Assembly (NCBI GenBank): GCA_964625905.1
Contig: CAZVBS010000001.1
Coordinates: 1-45,891 of the forward strand
Origin: an uncultured Candidatus Saccharibacteria bacterium
Lineage (GTDB): Bacteria; Patescibacteriota; Minisyncoccia; Phycocordibacterales; JABMNX01
Reading direction: 5' to 3'
Length of the DNA stretch: 45,891 bases
This document shows, one piece after another, positions 8,378-17,397 of the stretch. Numbering within the stretch: position 1 is the stretch's first letter; each line of letters starts with the position of its first letter. Both the position numbers and the translations under genes were made by a program. A model generated the notes under the pieces. That model ran no database searches. It saw only the letters and a list, made by a program, of their open reading frames with translations, and had not been told where the DNA came from.

Positions 8378-8562
8378 TAATTCAGTATTGTCGTATACCT
8401 CAGGGTAGACTACGTACTTCATTAAATTGTTTGCCTAGTCTACCGTCTGTACATAGTAATGTCAAAAGGTTTGTTTGTAGGATATTTAAAAAAAGAAAAA
8501 AACCACAAATATAGTTAGTGGTGGATTTCATATATAAAAAGAGGTCTATCGTAGACGATAGT

Positions 8563-8682
8563 TTACTTACGTTTCTTACTTGCTCGTTTTGCTAGCATTT
8601 TATGTTTTATAGCAAGTCTTTTCGCTGTCTTTTTAGAACGTGATGCTTTACCTTTTTCTATTCCTGTTACTCGTTTTGCCAT
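8563..8682 (-). CDS. 39-aa highly basic peptide (possibly ribosome- or nucleic-acid-associated)
   Basis: MAKRVTGIEKGKASRSKKTAKRLAIKHKMLAKRASKKRK. TATAAT ends 7 nt before the ATG. Small hairpin after the stop. Below the ORF-track size cutoff. Confidence 0.4.
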   Translation of the reverse strand: MAKRVTGIEKGKASRSKKTAKRLAIKHKMLAKRASKKRK

Positions 8683-8726
8683 GGGCATGATTATACACTA
8701 TTACTTCAAAATAGGATATAAGTCAT

Positions 8727-8760
8727 AAAAAAATACCCCAAGTATACAGGGTATTTTTTT
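8727..8760. terminator. Hairpin terminator after ORF 8818..9219
   Basis: A7-TACCC-loop-GGGTA-T7. Confidence 0.65.
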
Positions 8761-8817
8761 ATATAGTTTTTTCAAGTCTAACTTATCAACTTTCTAACTT
8801 TTAAACTTACAACTAAT

Positions 8818-9219
8818 CTAGAACTCGTTTAGTAGTGCGTCGAGTTCTGAGTCTAAGTTTTCAAAATCTGTAAGTCCTAGATCCTCTTCAATAGATGAGA
8901 TTTCGTCTGAAGTAGCCTGTGTTTCTAGCTGGTTTACTATAGTATCAGCTTCTTCATTAGACTGAATAACCTGAAGTTGTTCTGTGCTATTTTTTGTTGT
9001 TGTATTCCAAAAGTATATTCCTCCTGCAATAAGTAATATAACAATGATTGCTACACCCACTATAGGTCCTGTTGATCCTTGTTCTGGAGAATTATCTTGT
9101 AGAGTGTTTGGCACTTCTTCTGAAGTTGGAGTTACTACGTTATCTTGCTGCGTTTCAGTTGCGGTGCCGTTTTGTTCTATGTTCTCTCCATTTGGTGTGT
9201 TTGTATTTCCTTCGTTCAT
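8818..9219 (-). CDS. Hypothetical single-pass membrane protein, acidic
   Basis: 133 aa with a central TM helix IVGVAIIVILLIAGGIYFW and low-complexity N- and C-terminal parts. Confidence 0.55.
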   Translation of the reverse strand: MNEGNTNTPNGENIEQNGTATETQQDNVVTPTSEEVPNTLQDNSPEQGSTGPIVGVAIIVILLIAGGIYFWNTTTKNSTEQLQVIQSNEEADTIVNQLETQATSDEISSIEEDLGLTDFENLDSELDALLNEF

Positions 9220-9246
9220 ATTTTTACTTTATTAGGATATAAATTA

Positions 9247-10179
9247 TTAATTTTCCTCGACAGTTGTTCCATCGTCAGTGGTCGCTTCATTGTTTTGATC
9301 ATCATCTGAATTATCTTTGACTAAGCTTGCTCTCATAATTTTGATTACTTCGACCAGTGATCTGTGTGCAGTTTTGAGCACTTCTTTTGTTTTTGATAGT
9401 TCAGAAACGATTCCACCAAATGTGTCTCGTGATATATTGGTTTCAAATGCATTCCTTGCTCGTTCGACTGTTGTATTTATACTTTCTCCTGCAATCTTCA
9501 CATCATTTTTAGCAGTATCTAGGAGTTGTTTTGCATCAGTCATATCAAGTCCACGCTCCTCAAACTTATTGATTCTTGACTCGATTCTTTCTGATAGTTT
9601 TTCAAGTCTTGATACAGCAGAGTTCATTTTTCTATTTATATTAGCTAAGAACCTTGAAACACGCTCCAGTCTTCGCTCTTTTGATTTTTCATCACGGCCA
9701 ACTTTTCCATCTGCACGCTCTTTTCTCCTATTTTCTCGTATTGTATCATCTCCATCAATATCACTACGTTGACTGTTTAAGCTTTTGACACGTCGCTTTT
9801 TAAAATTATTATCATTGTCTTCGGCATCAATATCTCGACGCTCTAAGATTCTACTTTTTACGTTACCAAATATAGAGCCATCTCTGTCTTTAGATTTTAA
9901 ATCAGATTTTCTATCTTCCTCGTGTTTATCTATCAGTCGAGCTCTAACCCCAGGTCTTTTATCGTCATTTTTTTCATCTTTTGTTTCATCTCGAAAAGCA
10001 CGTGTACGTGTTGTACTTCTAGCTCCCTCTAATTTTTCAGCTTTAATTCTATCAATGTCAGTAGTTGCTGGACGAAGTTGTGTTGCTGTCTGAGCAAACA
10101 CAGTAGAAATTGTTATAAAAAAAACAACTGTCGCGATTACTATACTTATTATACTAAATTGTAGTGTCGGGTGTTTCAT
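9247..10179 (-). CDS. Hypothetical secreted, highly charged coiled-coil protein
   Basis: Start set at MKHPTLQFSIISIVIATVVFFITISTVFAQ (signal peptide). The rest is R/D/E/K-rich. Confidence 0.55.
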   Translation of the reverse strand: MKHPTLQFSIISIVIATVVFFITISTVFAQTATQLRPATTDIDRIKAEKLEGARSTTRTRAFRDETKDEKNDDKRPGVRARLIDKHEEDRKSDLKSKDRDGSIFGNVKSRILERRDIDAEDNDNNFKKRRVKSLNSQRSDIDGDDTIRENRRKERADGKVGRDEKSKERRLERVSRFLANINRKMNSAVSRLEKLSERIESRINKFEERGLDMTDAKQLLDTAKNDVKIAGESINTTVERARNAFETNISRDTFGGIVSELSKTKEVLKTAHRSLVEVIKIMRASLVKDNSDDDQNNEATTDDGTTVEEN

Positions 10180-10423
10180 ATTTTTAGTGTTGTTAATTCT
10201 TAATACATTATTAAGTATACTACCTGTTTGCTCAAGAGGCGATAGCCGATTGGTTTGCAAACAGCAGTGCAAAGTCTCCTTAGTCAGCATCTTCGTCACT
10301 GTTTCGCAACAAATAAAACCACCACTGTAATGTGAAATACAAATAATGTTTGTATTTAAGTTAAACTCACTATATAATTTCGAAATATAAGTAATATTTC
10401 GTGCCTATTAAGGCTTATAATAT

Positions 10424-10954
10424 ATGACAGATTACAATAAACTATATACACCAGGCGATTTGGATGATTTTAAAATAAACACTGTTGTTGAGATCTCTGA
10501 GAAATCTATATTAAAGATTGAATACAATAGAGAAAAATGTACTTTTGAACTTGATAGAGTAGAGCCTGCAATATTTGCGAAGCCTTCAAATTATGGCTTT
10601 ATACCTGCAACACTAGACGAGGATAATGATGAACTTGATACTCTTATAGTTACCACAGAACCTATTCCAACAGGTGTTGTAGTAGAAGCAAAGATATTAG
10701 GAGTATTAAACTTCGAAGATGATGGTGAAAAAGACCACAAGATAATATGTGTGCCAGCAACCGATTATGATACTGGTAACAGGATTCAAACATTGGATGA
10801 TTTAGGTGAGATGTGGAAGAATAAGATGGAATATCACTTTAATACCTATAAGGATCTTAGAAAACGTGGAACGACAAAAGTTTTTGGCTACGGTAACGCA
10901 GATCAAGCTGTTGATGTTATTAAAGAATGTATAGAGCGATATAAAAATAAGTAG
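10424..10954 (+). CDS. ppa: Inorganic pyrophosphatase (family I)
   Basis: YGFIPATLDEDNDELDTLIV and KIICVP segments match the family I PPase core. Confidence 0.85.
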   Translation: MTDYNKLYTPGDLDDFKINTVVEISEKSILKIEYNREKCTFELDRVEPAIFAKPSNYGFIPATLDEDNDELDTLIVTTEPIPTGVVVEAKILGVLNFEDDGEKDHKIICVPATDYDTGNRIQTLDDLGEMWKNKMEYHFNTYKDLRKRGTTKVFGYGNADQAVDVIKECIERYKNK

Positions 10955-10970
10955 TTATCACTACTTATTT

Positions 10971-11028
10971 TTAAGTACAAAAACAAAAAACACTGAGTAA
11001 ACTCAGTGTTTTTTGTTTTTGTACTTAA
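10971..11028. terminator. Bidirectional terminator between ppa and nusA
   Basis: Perfect 28-bp arms TTAAGTACAAAAACAAAAAACACTGAGT / ACTCAGTGTTTTTTGTTTTTGTACTTAA. Confidence 0.75.
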
Positions 11029-11033
11029 GAGAA

Positions 11034-12503
11034 TTATTTATCTTTCTTTTCTTCTTTTTCAGTAGATTCTTCTTTGGTTTCTTTAGTTTTGTTTGATGAA
11101 GTATCGCCTTCTTTTTCTTTAGTATCTTCGTTGGTATTTGTTGAAGGTGAGTCGTTTTCGAGTTCAGTATCTTGAGGTGAGTCCACAGCTTCTTTTGATT
11201 CGTTTGTTGTGTCTGTTTCGGGAGTTTCAGTATCAGTTGTTGCAACTTCGTCGGTGTTAGTTTCTGGATTCTCCGAGTCTGTAGTTTCTTGCACAACGTC
11301 TCCAGACACAATATCTTGCGAATCGTCGCTTTCTTGTGGAGTTGACCCGGCAGCTGAGCGAATATCTATCCTCCACCCTGTAAGCTTTGCAGCAAGTCGA
11401 ACATTTTGTCCTCCTTTACCAATTGCTAAGGATTGTTGGTCCTCTGCAACTTCAACTGTTGCATGTTTTTCTTCTTCATTTATTTCTACATCTAATATTT
11501 TTGCTGGTGAAAGAGCTCCTTCTATAAATTCTCTTGGATCATCTGACCATTCGATTATGTCGATTTTTTCACCACCAAGCTCACCCATAACTACTGATAC
11601 TCTAATACCACGTTGTCCTACAAGTGATCCAACAGGATCAATGTGCTCGTCGTGGGAAACAACAGCAATTTTTGAGCGAGACCCAGCCTCCCGTGCAACT
11701 TCTTTTATTTCAACTGCTCCAGATACAAGTTCTGGCACCTCCATTTCAAAAAGTTTCTTAAGAAAGTCTGGGTGAGAGCGAGATAGTCGGAGGAACGTAC
11801 CTCTATGAGTTTCTTCTACAGAATATAGGTATGCACGCAGACGTTCTCCTTGTCGGTATCTTTCTCCTGGAATTTGTTCATCGTAAGGAATAATACCAGT
11901 AGCACGTCCAAGATCGATAAACATATTACCTCGTTCTATACGTTGCACTGTTCCAGTAATAATATCACCCTCGCGCTCCCCGTATTCTTTCATAATAGAC
12001 ACTTTTTCTGCTTCTCGAATCTTTTGAACAATAACTTGCTTAGCTGTTTGAGCTGATATACGTCCAAAATCGTCTTTTGTTTCAAGAGGGAATGTGATTT
12101 CACTATCAAGCTCCGCATCTTTTTTAATGCGCTTTGCATCTTCCATCATGATGTGATGTTCAGAATTAAACCGTGAACGCAGATCTTCTTCTGTATTTTC
12201 TGATGCGTCTCCAGACGCGGTTTTTGCTTGGTCTTTGGACATGATTCCTTGTGAGGAATCAGAATCGTCCTCGTCCTCACTACGTACAAGTGTTTCATCA
12301 ACAACTATTTTTATTTGAAAGAATTCAACATCTCCAGTTGTTAAATCAAACTTAGAACGGATTATTTGTCCACGTTTCCCGTATTCTTTTTTATATGCAG
12401 TAGCGAGAGCCGTTTCAATTGCATCAATAATTTTTTCTCTTGGAATACCACGCTCTTCTTCAAGCTGGTCTAGTACTGAATTTATAACTTTTAGGTCAAA
12501 CAT
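11034..12503 (-). CDS. nusA: Transcription termination/antitermination factor NusA with an acidic insertion and a long acidic C-terminal tail
   Basis: N-terminal domain, S1 domain (GDIITGTVQRIERGNMFIDLG), KH repeats (GQRGIRV, GKGGQNVRLAAKLTGWRIDI). Confidence 0.95.
   Translation of the reverse strand: MFDLKVINSVLDQLEEERGIPREKIIDAIETALATAYKKEYGKRGQIIRSKFDLTTGDVEFFQIKIVVDETLVRSEDEDDSDSSQGIMSKDQAKTASGDASENTEEDLRSRFNSEHHIMMEDAKRIKKDAELDSEITFPLETKDDFGRISAQTAKQVIVQKIREAEKVSIMKEYGEREGDIITGTVQRIERGNMFIDLGRATGIIPYDEQIPGERYRQGERLRAYLYSVEETHRGTFLRLSRSHPDFLKKLFEMEVPELVSGAVEIKEVAREAGSRSKIAVVSHDEHIDPVGSLVGQRGIRVSVVMGELGGEKIDIIEWSDDPREFIEGALSPAKILDVEINEEEKHATVEVAEDQQSLAIGKGGQNVRLAAKLTGWRIDIRSAAGSTPQESDDSQDIVSGDVVQETTDSENPETNTDEVATTDTETPETDTTNESKEAVDSPQDTELENDSPSTNTNEDTKEKEGDTSSNKTKETKEESTEKEEKKDK
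11262..11333 (-). repeat. NusA C-terminal copy of the acidic module (ESDDSQDIVSGDVVQETTDSENPE)
   Basis: QETTDSENPE is identical to tig 7632-7661 and the nucleotides are about 80% identical. Confidence 0.7.
12228..12266 (-). repeat. NusA internal copy of the module fragment (DSDSSQGIMSKDQ)
   Basis: TTGGTCTTTGGACATGATTCCTTGTGA versus tig TTGGTCTCCGGACATGATTCCTTGCAA, 23 of 27 nt identical. Confidence 0.65.
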
Positions 12504-12714
12504 AATGGTGTATTTAGTTGTTCTCTTATAATATTTTTAAAAAAAATTGCCCGTTAATAACGGACATCAATACAAAAAGTGTATCACAAAGAGTTGATTT
12601 CGTCAATAAATATCAAAATCAAGCAGGTAAGAATGTTTTAAAGATAAGTTTTCAACTGCATAAGGGTAAATCTTCACTGAATATACTGATATACTTAATA
12701 ACAATAAAGCAGTT

Positions 12715-14463
12715 ATGTATATAAACGAAAAACAATTAAAAGAATTTATTCTTGATTCTGGTTTGGTATCTAAAAAAGCTTTCGCAGAAGCCGAAAAAGA
12801 AGCAAAGAAAAAAGAGCAATCTGTCGGCGATATTCTTGTGAGTAATGGGGATTTTACAGAAGATGATTTACGTAGGATACAAGCATATATTCTTGGAATA
12901 CCTTTTGTGAATCTTCAAAATAAACGAGTTGATACTGATGTACTTTCTCTTATTCCTGAACCAATAGCTCGTAATCATAATATAGTTGCGTATAAAAAGA
13001 CCGACGAGAGTCTTGAGGTTGCTATGCTAAATACAGACAACCTAACTGCAATCGATTTTATTAAAAAGAAAGTAAATTTAAAGATACTTCCACGACTTAC
13101 TGACACTGATTCTATTAAGTTTGTACTCAAGCAGTATCAAAAAAGTCTTAAAGATGAGTTTGGTGACATTATTATGCGTGAGTCAGCATCTCTTAAAGGG
13201 TTTTCTGGTGAGGAAGAAAATATGTCTGGTGAGGATCTTAAAAAACTTGCTGAAGACTTACCTGTGGTTCGTATTGTAGATTCACTTCTTCGTCATGCTG
13301 CTAACCAGAATGCTTCTGATATTCATATTGAGCCAATGGATAATCAAGTACTAATTAGGTATCGTATCGACGGTATTTTACATGACACGATGACTCTTCC
13401 TAAAAGGGCAGCGTCACCTATTACTGCTCGAATAAAAGTCCTTTCAAATTTAAAGCTTGATGAAAAAAGACTCCCACAAGATGGTCGCTTTAAAATGGAG
13501 ACTGGAAGTGAGCGTGTATCATTTCGTGTTTCAGTACTTCCAACTTACTATGGAGAAAAGACAGTAATGCGACTGTTACGTGAAGATATTTCAGGATTTA
13601 CTCTTGAAGGTTTAGGTTTTCATGGAGAAGGGCTTGAAAGGATTCACAAAGCAACGCGTAGTAAGACAGGAATGATACTCACAACAGGACCAACAGGTTC
13701 TGGTAAAACCACAACACTATATACAATTTTAGATATTTTAAATACTGCAGATGTAAATATCTCTACAATAGAGGATCCCATTGAATATCAAATGCCAAGG
13801 ATAAATCAAACGCAGGTAAAACCAGATATTGGCTTTACATTTGCGACAGGATTACGAGCTCTGGTACGGCAAGACCCTGATGTAATTATGGTTGGAGAGA
13901 TACGAGATAATGAAACTGCATCTCTAGCTATTAACGCTGCGCTTACTGGTCACTTAGTGCTCTCCACTCTGCATACAAACTCTGCAGCTGGTGCTATGCC
14001 ACGTCTTATTGATATGGATTCAGAACCATTTTTACTCGTTTCAACTATTGAAGTAATTATTGGTCAACGCCTTGTTAGACAACTATGTGACTCAAAGGAA
14101 GAATATACTCTTTCCGATTCAGAAATAAAGAAGCTCGGAAAAGTTGTTGATTTAGATGCTGTGTTAAAGGCGCTTAAGGAAGAAAAAATAGTAGACGGTA
14201 AAGCAACATGGAAGAATATTCCTTTTTATAAAGAGAAACCTTCGACAGAATGTGAAGATGGATTTAGTGGAAGGCTTGGTATACACGAGATTTTATATAT
14301 GTCAGACACAATTAAAAATCTGATAATGAAAGGATCTACTTCAGAAGAAATAGAAGCTCAAGCAAAGAGCGAAGGTATGATGACTATGATAGAAGACGGG
14401 GTCTTTAAGGCAGTGAAAGGTATTACTACTATTGAAGAGGTACTACGCGTTATATCTGAATAA
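12715..14463 (+). CDS. pilB: Type IV pilus assembly ATPase (GspE/PilB family)
   Basis: Walker A GPTGSGKTTT, Asp box, Walker B VIMVGEIRD, His box LVLSTLHTN, N-terminal GSPII_E_N-like region. Confidence 0.95.
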   Translation: MYINEKQLKEFILDSGLVSKKAFAEAEKEAKKKEQSVGDILVSNGDFTEDDLRRIQAYILGIPFVNLQNKRVDTDVLSLIPEPIARNHNIVAYKKTDESLEVAMLNTDNLTAIDFIKKKVNLKILPRLTDTDSIKFVLKQYQKSLKDEFGDIIMRESASLKGFSGEEENMSGEDLKKLAEDLPVVRIVDSLLRHAANQNASDIHIEPMDNQVLIRYRIDGILHDTMTLPKRAASPITARIKVLSNLKLDEKRLPQDGRFKMETGSERVSFRVSVLPTYYGEKTVMRLLREDISGFTLEGLGFHGEGLERIHKATRSKTGMILTTGPTGSGKTTTLYTILDILNTADVNISTIEDPIEYQMPRINQTQVKPDIGFTFATGLRALVRQDPDVIMVGEIRDNETASLAINAALTGHLVLSTLHTNSAAGAMPRLIDMDSEPFLLVSTIEVIIGQRLVRQLCDSKEEYTLSDSEIKKLGKVVDLDAVLKALKEEKIVDGKATWKNIPFYKEKPSTECEDGFSGRLGIHEILYMSDTIKNLIMKGSTSEEIEAQAKSEGMMTMIEDGVFKAVKGITTIEEVLRVISE

Positions 14464-14468
14464 AAAGC

Positions 14469-14592
14469 TAGAACGTACGTCGCCAACACATTTCTTCGTC
14501 GCTACGTCATTAAATATAATTCACAGTATTGAAATACAGCTCATTTTATTTAATTTGTGCTCCTCGAACTATATTTGGCGACGCACGTTCTA
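14469..14592 (+). repeat. E1 nested-hairpin element
   Basis: 18-bp outer stem TAGAACGTACGTCGCCAA/TTGGCGACGCACGTTCTA (1 mismatch), inner 8-bp stem ATTAAATA/TATTTAAT, loop strands ..TTCTTCGTCGCTACGTC.. and ..GCTCCTCGAAC... Starts 5 nt after the pilB stop. Confidence 0.6.
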
Positions 14593-14698
14593 AACTACAC
14601 TGGAAATATTTTGCGAGTTTTTATACATTAGTAAGTGAGCTGTAAGAAATGTTAAGTAATGTTATAATTTTTATACAGTATATAATTGAAGCTTACTC

Positions 14699-15910
14699 AT
14701 GCAATTTACATATAAAATAAAAAATAAAGACGGGGAAGTAATCGAAAGTACAATAACCGCTAAAGATAAGTTTGAGTTGTATGATCAGATTAGGAAAGAC
14801 GGCTCAGAAATTATAGAAATACACGAACGCGGAAAAAATAAATTCTCCATTGATAGATTTAACGAGATATTCGGTGCTATTAAAGAACATGAAAAAGTTA
14901 TCCTTACTCGCAACCTCGGCGCAATGATTGGAGCAGGGTTGTCACTAACGCGTGCGATTACAGTACTTGAACGACAAACCAAAAACCAAAAATTAAAAAC
15001 TGTTCTGGCTGGCGTTAATAATGATATAAAAAAAGGTAACAATTTCCACACCGCATTAAAAAAGTTTCCTAAAGTATTTTCACCACTTTTTGTATCCATG
15101 GTTCGTGCAGGTGAAGAGAGTGGGAAGCTTTCTGGCGCACTTGATCTTATTGGTGCACAGTTAGAGCGTTCATATACTTTAAAGAAAAAGATAAAGGGGG
15201 CCATGATGTACCCAAGTATTATAATGGTCGCAATGGTAATAATTGCTGTTTTGATGCTTATTTTTGTAGTACCAACGTTAACTCAAACATTTGATGAATT
15301 AGGAGCTGATTTGCCAAAAAGCACAAAAGCAATAATCACAGCAAGTAACTTCTTTACACAGCACACAATACTTGCGATATTAATACCGATAACATTCTTT
15401 ACATTGATATTTTATGCATTAAGAACAGCTAGAGGTCGTAAGGTATTTAATTTTATATTAATACACACACCAATTATAGGAGATTTAGTAAAAGAGATTC
15501 AATCAGCGCGTACTACTCGTACACTTGCGTCGTTGCTTTCTTCTGGTGTAGAGATAGTAACAGCTATTTCTATTACCTCTGAAGTAATGCAAAATTCATA
15601 TTATAAAAAAGTGCTCTTACGAGCACAAAATGATGTGCAGAAAGGTTCACCTTTGTCTAGAGCTTTTACAGATAACGAACATCTTTACCCATTACTTGTA
15701 GGTGAGATGATTTCGGTTGGAGAAGAGACAGGTAAACTTCCGGACATGCTACTTCGTGTTGCTGAGTTTTACGAATCAGAAGTTGAACAAAAAACAAAAA
15801 ACATGTCCACTATTGTTGAACCATTTCTAATGATTATTATTGGAGCGTTTGTAGGATTTTTCGCATTATCTATGATTTCTCCAATATATTCTCTTTCAGA
15901 GTCAATTTAA
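14699..15910 (+). CDS. pilC: Type IV pilus platform protein (GspF/PilC family)
   Basis: Two T2SSF-type repeats, three TM segments, motifs MVRAGEESGKL and VGEETGKLPDML. Confidence 0.93.
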   Translation: MQFTYKIKNKDGEVIESTITAKDKFELYDQIRKDGSEIIEIHERGKNKFSIDRFNEIFGAIKEHEKVILTRNLGAMIGAGLSLTRAITVLERQTKNQKLKTVLAGVNNDIKKGNNFHTALKKFPKVFSPLFVSMVRAGEESGKLSGALDLIGAQLERSYTLKKKIKGAMMYPSIIMVAMVIIAVLMLIFVVPTLTQTFDELGADLPKSTKAIITASNFFTQHTILAILIPITFFTLIFYALRTARGRKVFNFILIHTPIIGDLVKEIQSARTTRTLASLLSSGVEIVTAISITSEVMQNSYYKKVLLRAQNDVQKGSPLSRAFTDNEHLYPLLVGEMISVGEETGKLPDMLLRVAEFYESEVEQKTKNMSTIVEPFLMIIIGAFVGFFALSMISPIYSLSESI

Positions 15911-15916
15911 TACATT

Positions 15917-16375
15917 ATGAAAAAAAGTCACGGATTCACTATAGTAGAAATAATGATAGTTATAGCGATGTTAGTGTTAACAGTAAGTGTAGCAGTTTTT
16001 ATATTTTCAAGCTTTAGGAAAAATAATGCATTAAATATAGGTCAAGAAAAAATAGTAAATTTACTTAAAATAGCACGCTCAAACACTATCGCATCAAAAG
16101 AAGGAGATGTTTATGGTGTCCATTTAACACAAACCACAGCAACTTTATTTAAAGGCAGAGTTTATGCAGATCTTGATCCTAATAATTCCACATATACCCT
16201 ATCAGGTTTTATTGAAATTTCTAATATAGATTTAGTTGGAGGTGGTAATGATATTATTTTTGATAAATTAACTGGAGAAACAAGTCAATCCGGAACAACA
16301 ACAATTCGTTTAATATCTGATACTACAGAAACTAAAGATATTTTTATTAGAAAAACAGGATTGTCTGAATTTTAA
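15917..16375 (+). CDS. Prepilin-type N-terminal cleavage/methylation domain pilin
   Basis: MKKSHG/FTIVEIMIVIAMLVL matches the class III signal peptide. Confidence 0.85.
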   Translation: MKKSHGFTIVEIMIVIAMLVLTVSVAVFIFSSFRKNNALNIGQEKIVNLLKIARSNTIASKEGDVYGVHLTQTTATLFKGRVYADLDPNNSTYTLSGFIEISNIDLVGGGNDIIFDKLTGETSQSGTTTIRLISDTTETKDIFIRKTGLSEF

Positions 16376-16378
16376 TTT

Positions 16379-16873
16379 ATGGTTAACAAATTAAATAACA
16401 AATTTAATACAGGATTAGGATTAATTGAGGCTGTTGTTAGTATTGGTCTAGTTGTAACGGCTATGCTTATAATAATTTCTGCATATCAATATTTTCTTAA
16501 GTATGGATTAGCTAATACTGAAAAAATACAATCAGTATTTCTATTAGAAGAAGGGATAGAAGCTATGAGATATTTTAGGGATGATAGCTGGTCTAATATA
16601 AGTAATCTATCAACAACAACAGATTATTACATTGTTTTTTCTGGAACTGATTGGAGTATAGCAACAACAGCAACCCCAATATTTATATTTACAAGAAAAG
16701 TCAATTTATATGACGTATATCGTAAAAACAGTGATGACACTATTGTTTCTTTTGATTCTCCAGATGAAAAAACATTTGATCCGAACATAAGACTAATAAC
16801 AGTAAAAATTAATTACCCACTTTCAGGAGAGATGAGGCTGTCTACCTATTTAGCAGATATATTCAATAATTGA
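16379..16873 (+). CDS. Pilin-like (minor pilin) protein
   Basis: N-terminus NTGLGLIEAVVSIGLVV resembles a degenerate prepilin motif. Tightly packed in the pilus operon. Confidence 0.6.
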   Translation: MVNKLNNKFNTGLGLIEAVVSIGLVVTAMLIIISAYQYFLKYGLANTEKIQSVFLLEEGIEAMRYFRDDSWSNISNLSTTTDYYIVFSGTDWSIATTATPIFIFTRKVNLYDVYRKNSDDTIVSFDSPDEKTFDPNIRLITVKINYPLSGEMRLSTYLADIFNN

Positions 16874-17394
16874 TAATGAATTCGCATTACCCACAATTTA
16901 AAAACGGATATACATTATTGGAAACAATAATAGTTATAACCATAGCCTCATTAGTAATAGGCGTTACTGTTAGTATTTTTTCTTCTTTTATTGATTCATA
17001 TAGACATGTTAAAGCGTTAGGTAGAATAAATTCATCAGCAGTTGTTGTGCTTGATCGTATAACAAGAGAGCTTAAACTAGCTAGTAGTATAGATTATGTT
17101 AACAGTGAATTTAATACACATCCTGGTAGATTAGTATTAAATTCATTTTATAAAGGCAGTTCTGCGGTAGTTGATTTTTATTTTGATAATGGAGTTTTGA
17201 AAATGAAAAGAGACGGAGTTGAAGTTGGTGCATTGACTCGTGATGATGTCACAGTTGGTAATTTAATTTTTTATTCATCAAATAATTTAAAGTCTAGTAT
17301 AGTACGTACAGATATCGATCTAATTACAAACGTAAGTTCAATAGTTAAATCAGCGACATTTTATTCTAGTGCTGTAATAAGAGGAGGTTATTAA
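16870..17394 (+). CDS. Prepilin-type minor pilin
   Basis: FKNG/YTLLETIIVITIASLVIG. TTG at 16870, or ATG at 16876, overlaps the previous stop. Confidence 0.7.
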   Translation: MIMNSHYPQFKNGYTLLETIIVITIASLVIGVTVSIFSSFIDSYRHVKALGRINSSAVVVLDRITRELKLASSIDYVNSEFNTHPGRLVLNSFYKGSSAVVDFYFDNGVLKMKRDGVEVGALTRDDVTVGNLIFYSSNNLKSSIVRTDIDLITNVSSIVKSATFYSSAVIRGGY

Positions 17395-17397
17395 TTT

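Noticed and set aside
11003-11311. 102-aa Lys-rich ORF on the minus strand in the track.
   Set aside because: It is an alternative frame of the low-complexity acidic NusA tail, and the NusA frame is clearly the real one.
12518-12724. 68-aa ORF upstream of and overlapping the pilB start.
   Set aside because: It lies in AT-rich promoter or leader DNA, has no RBS and no recognisable features, and overlaps the pilB start.
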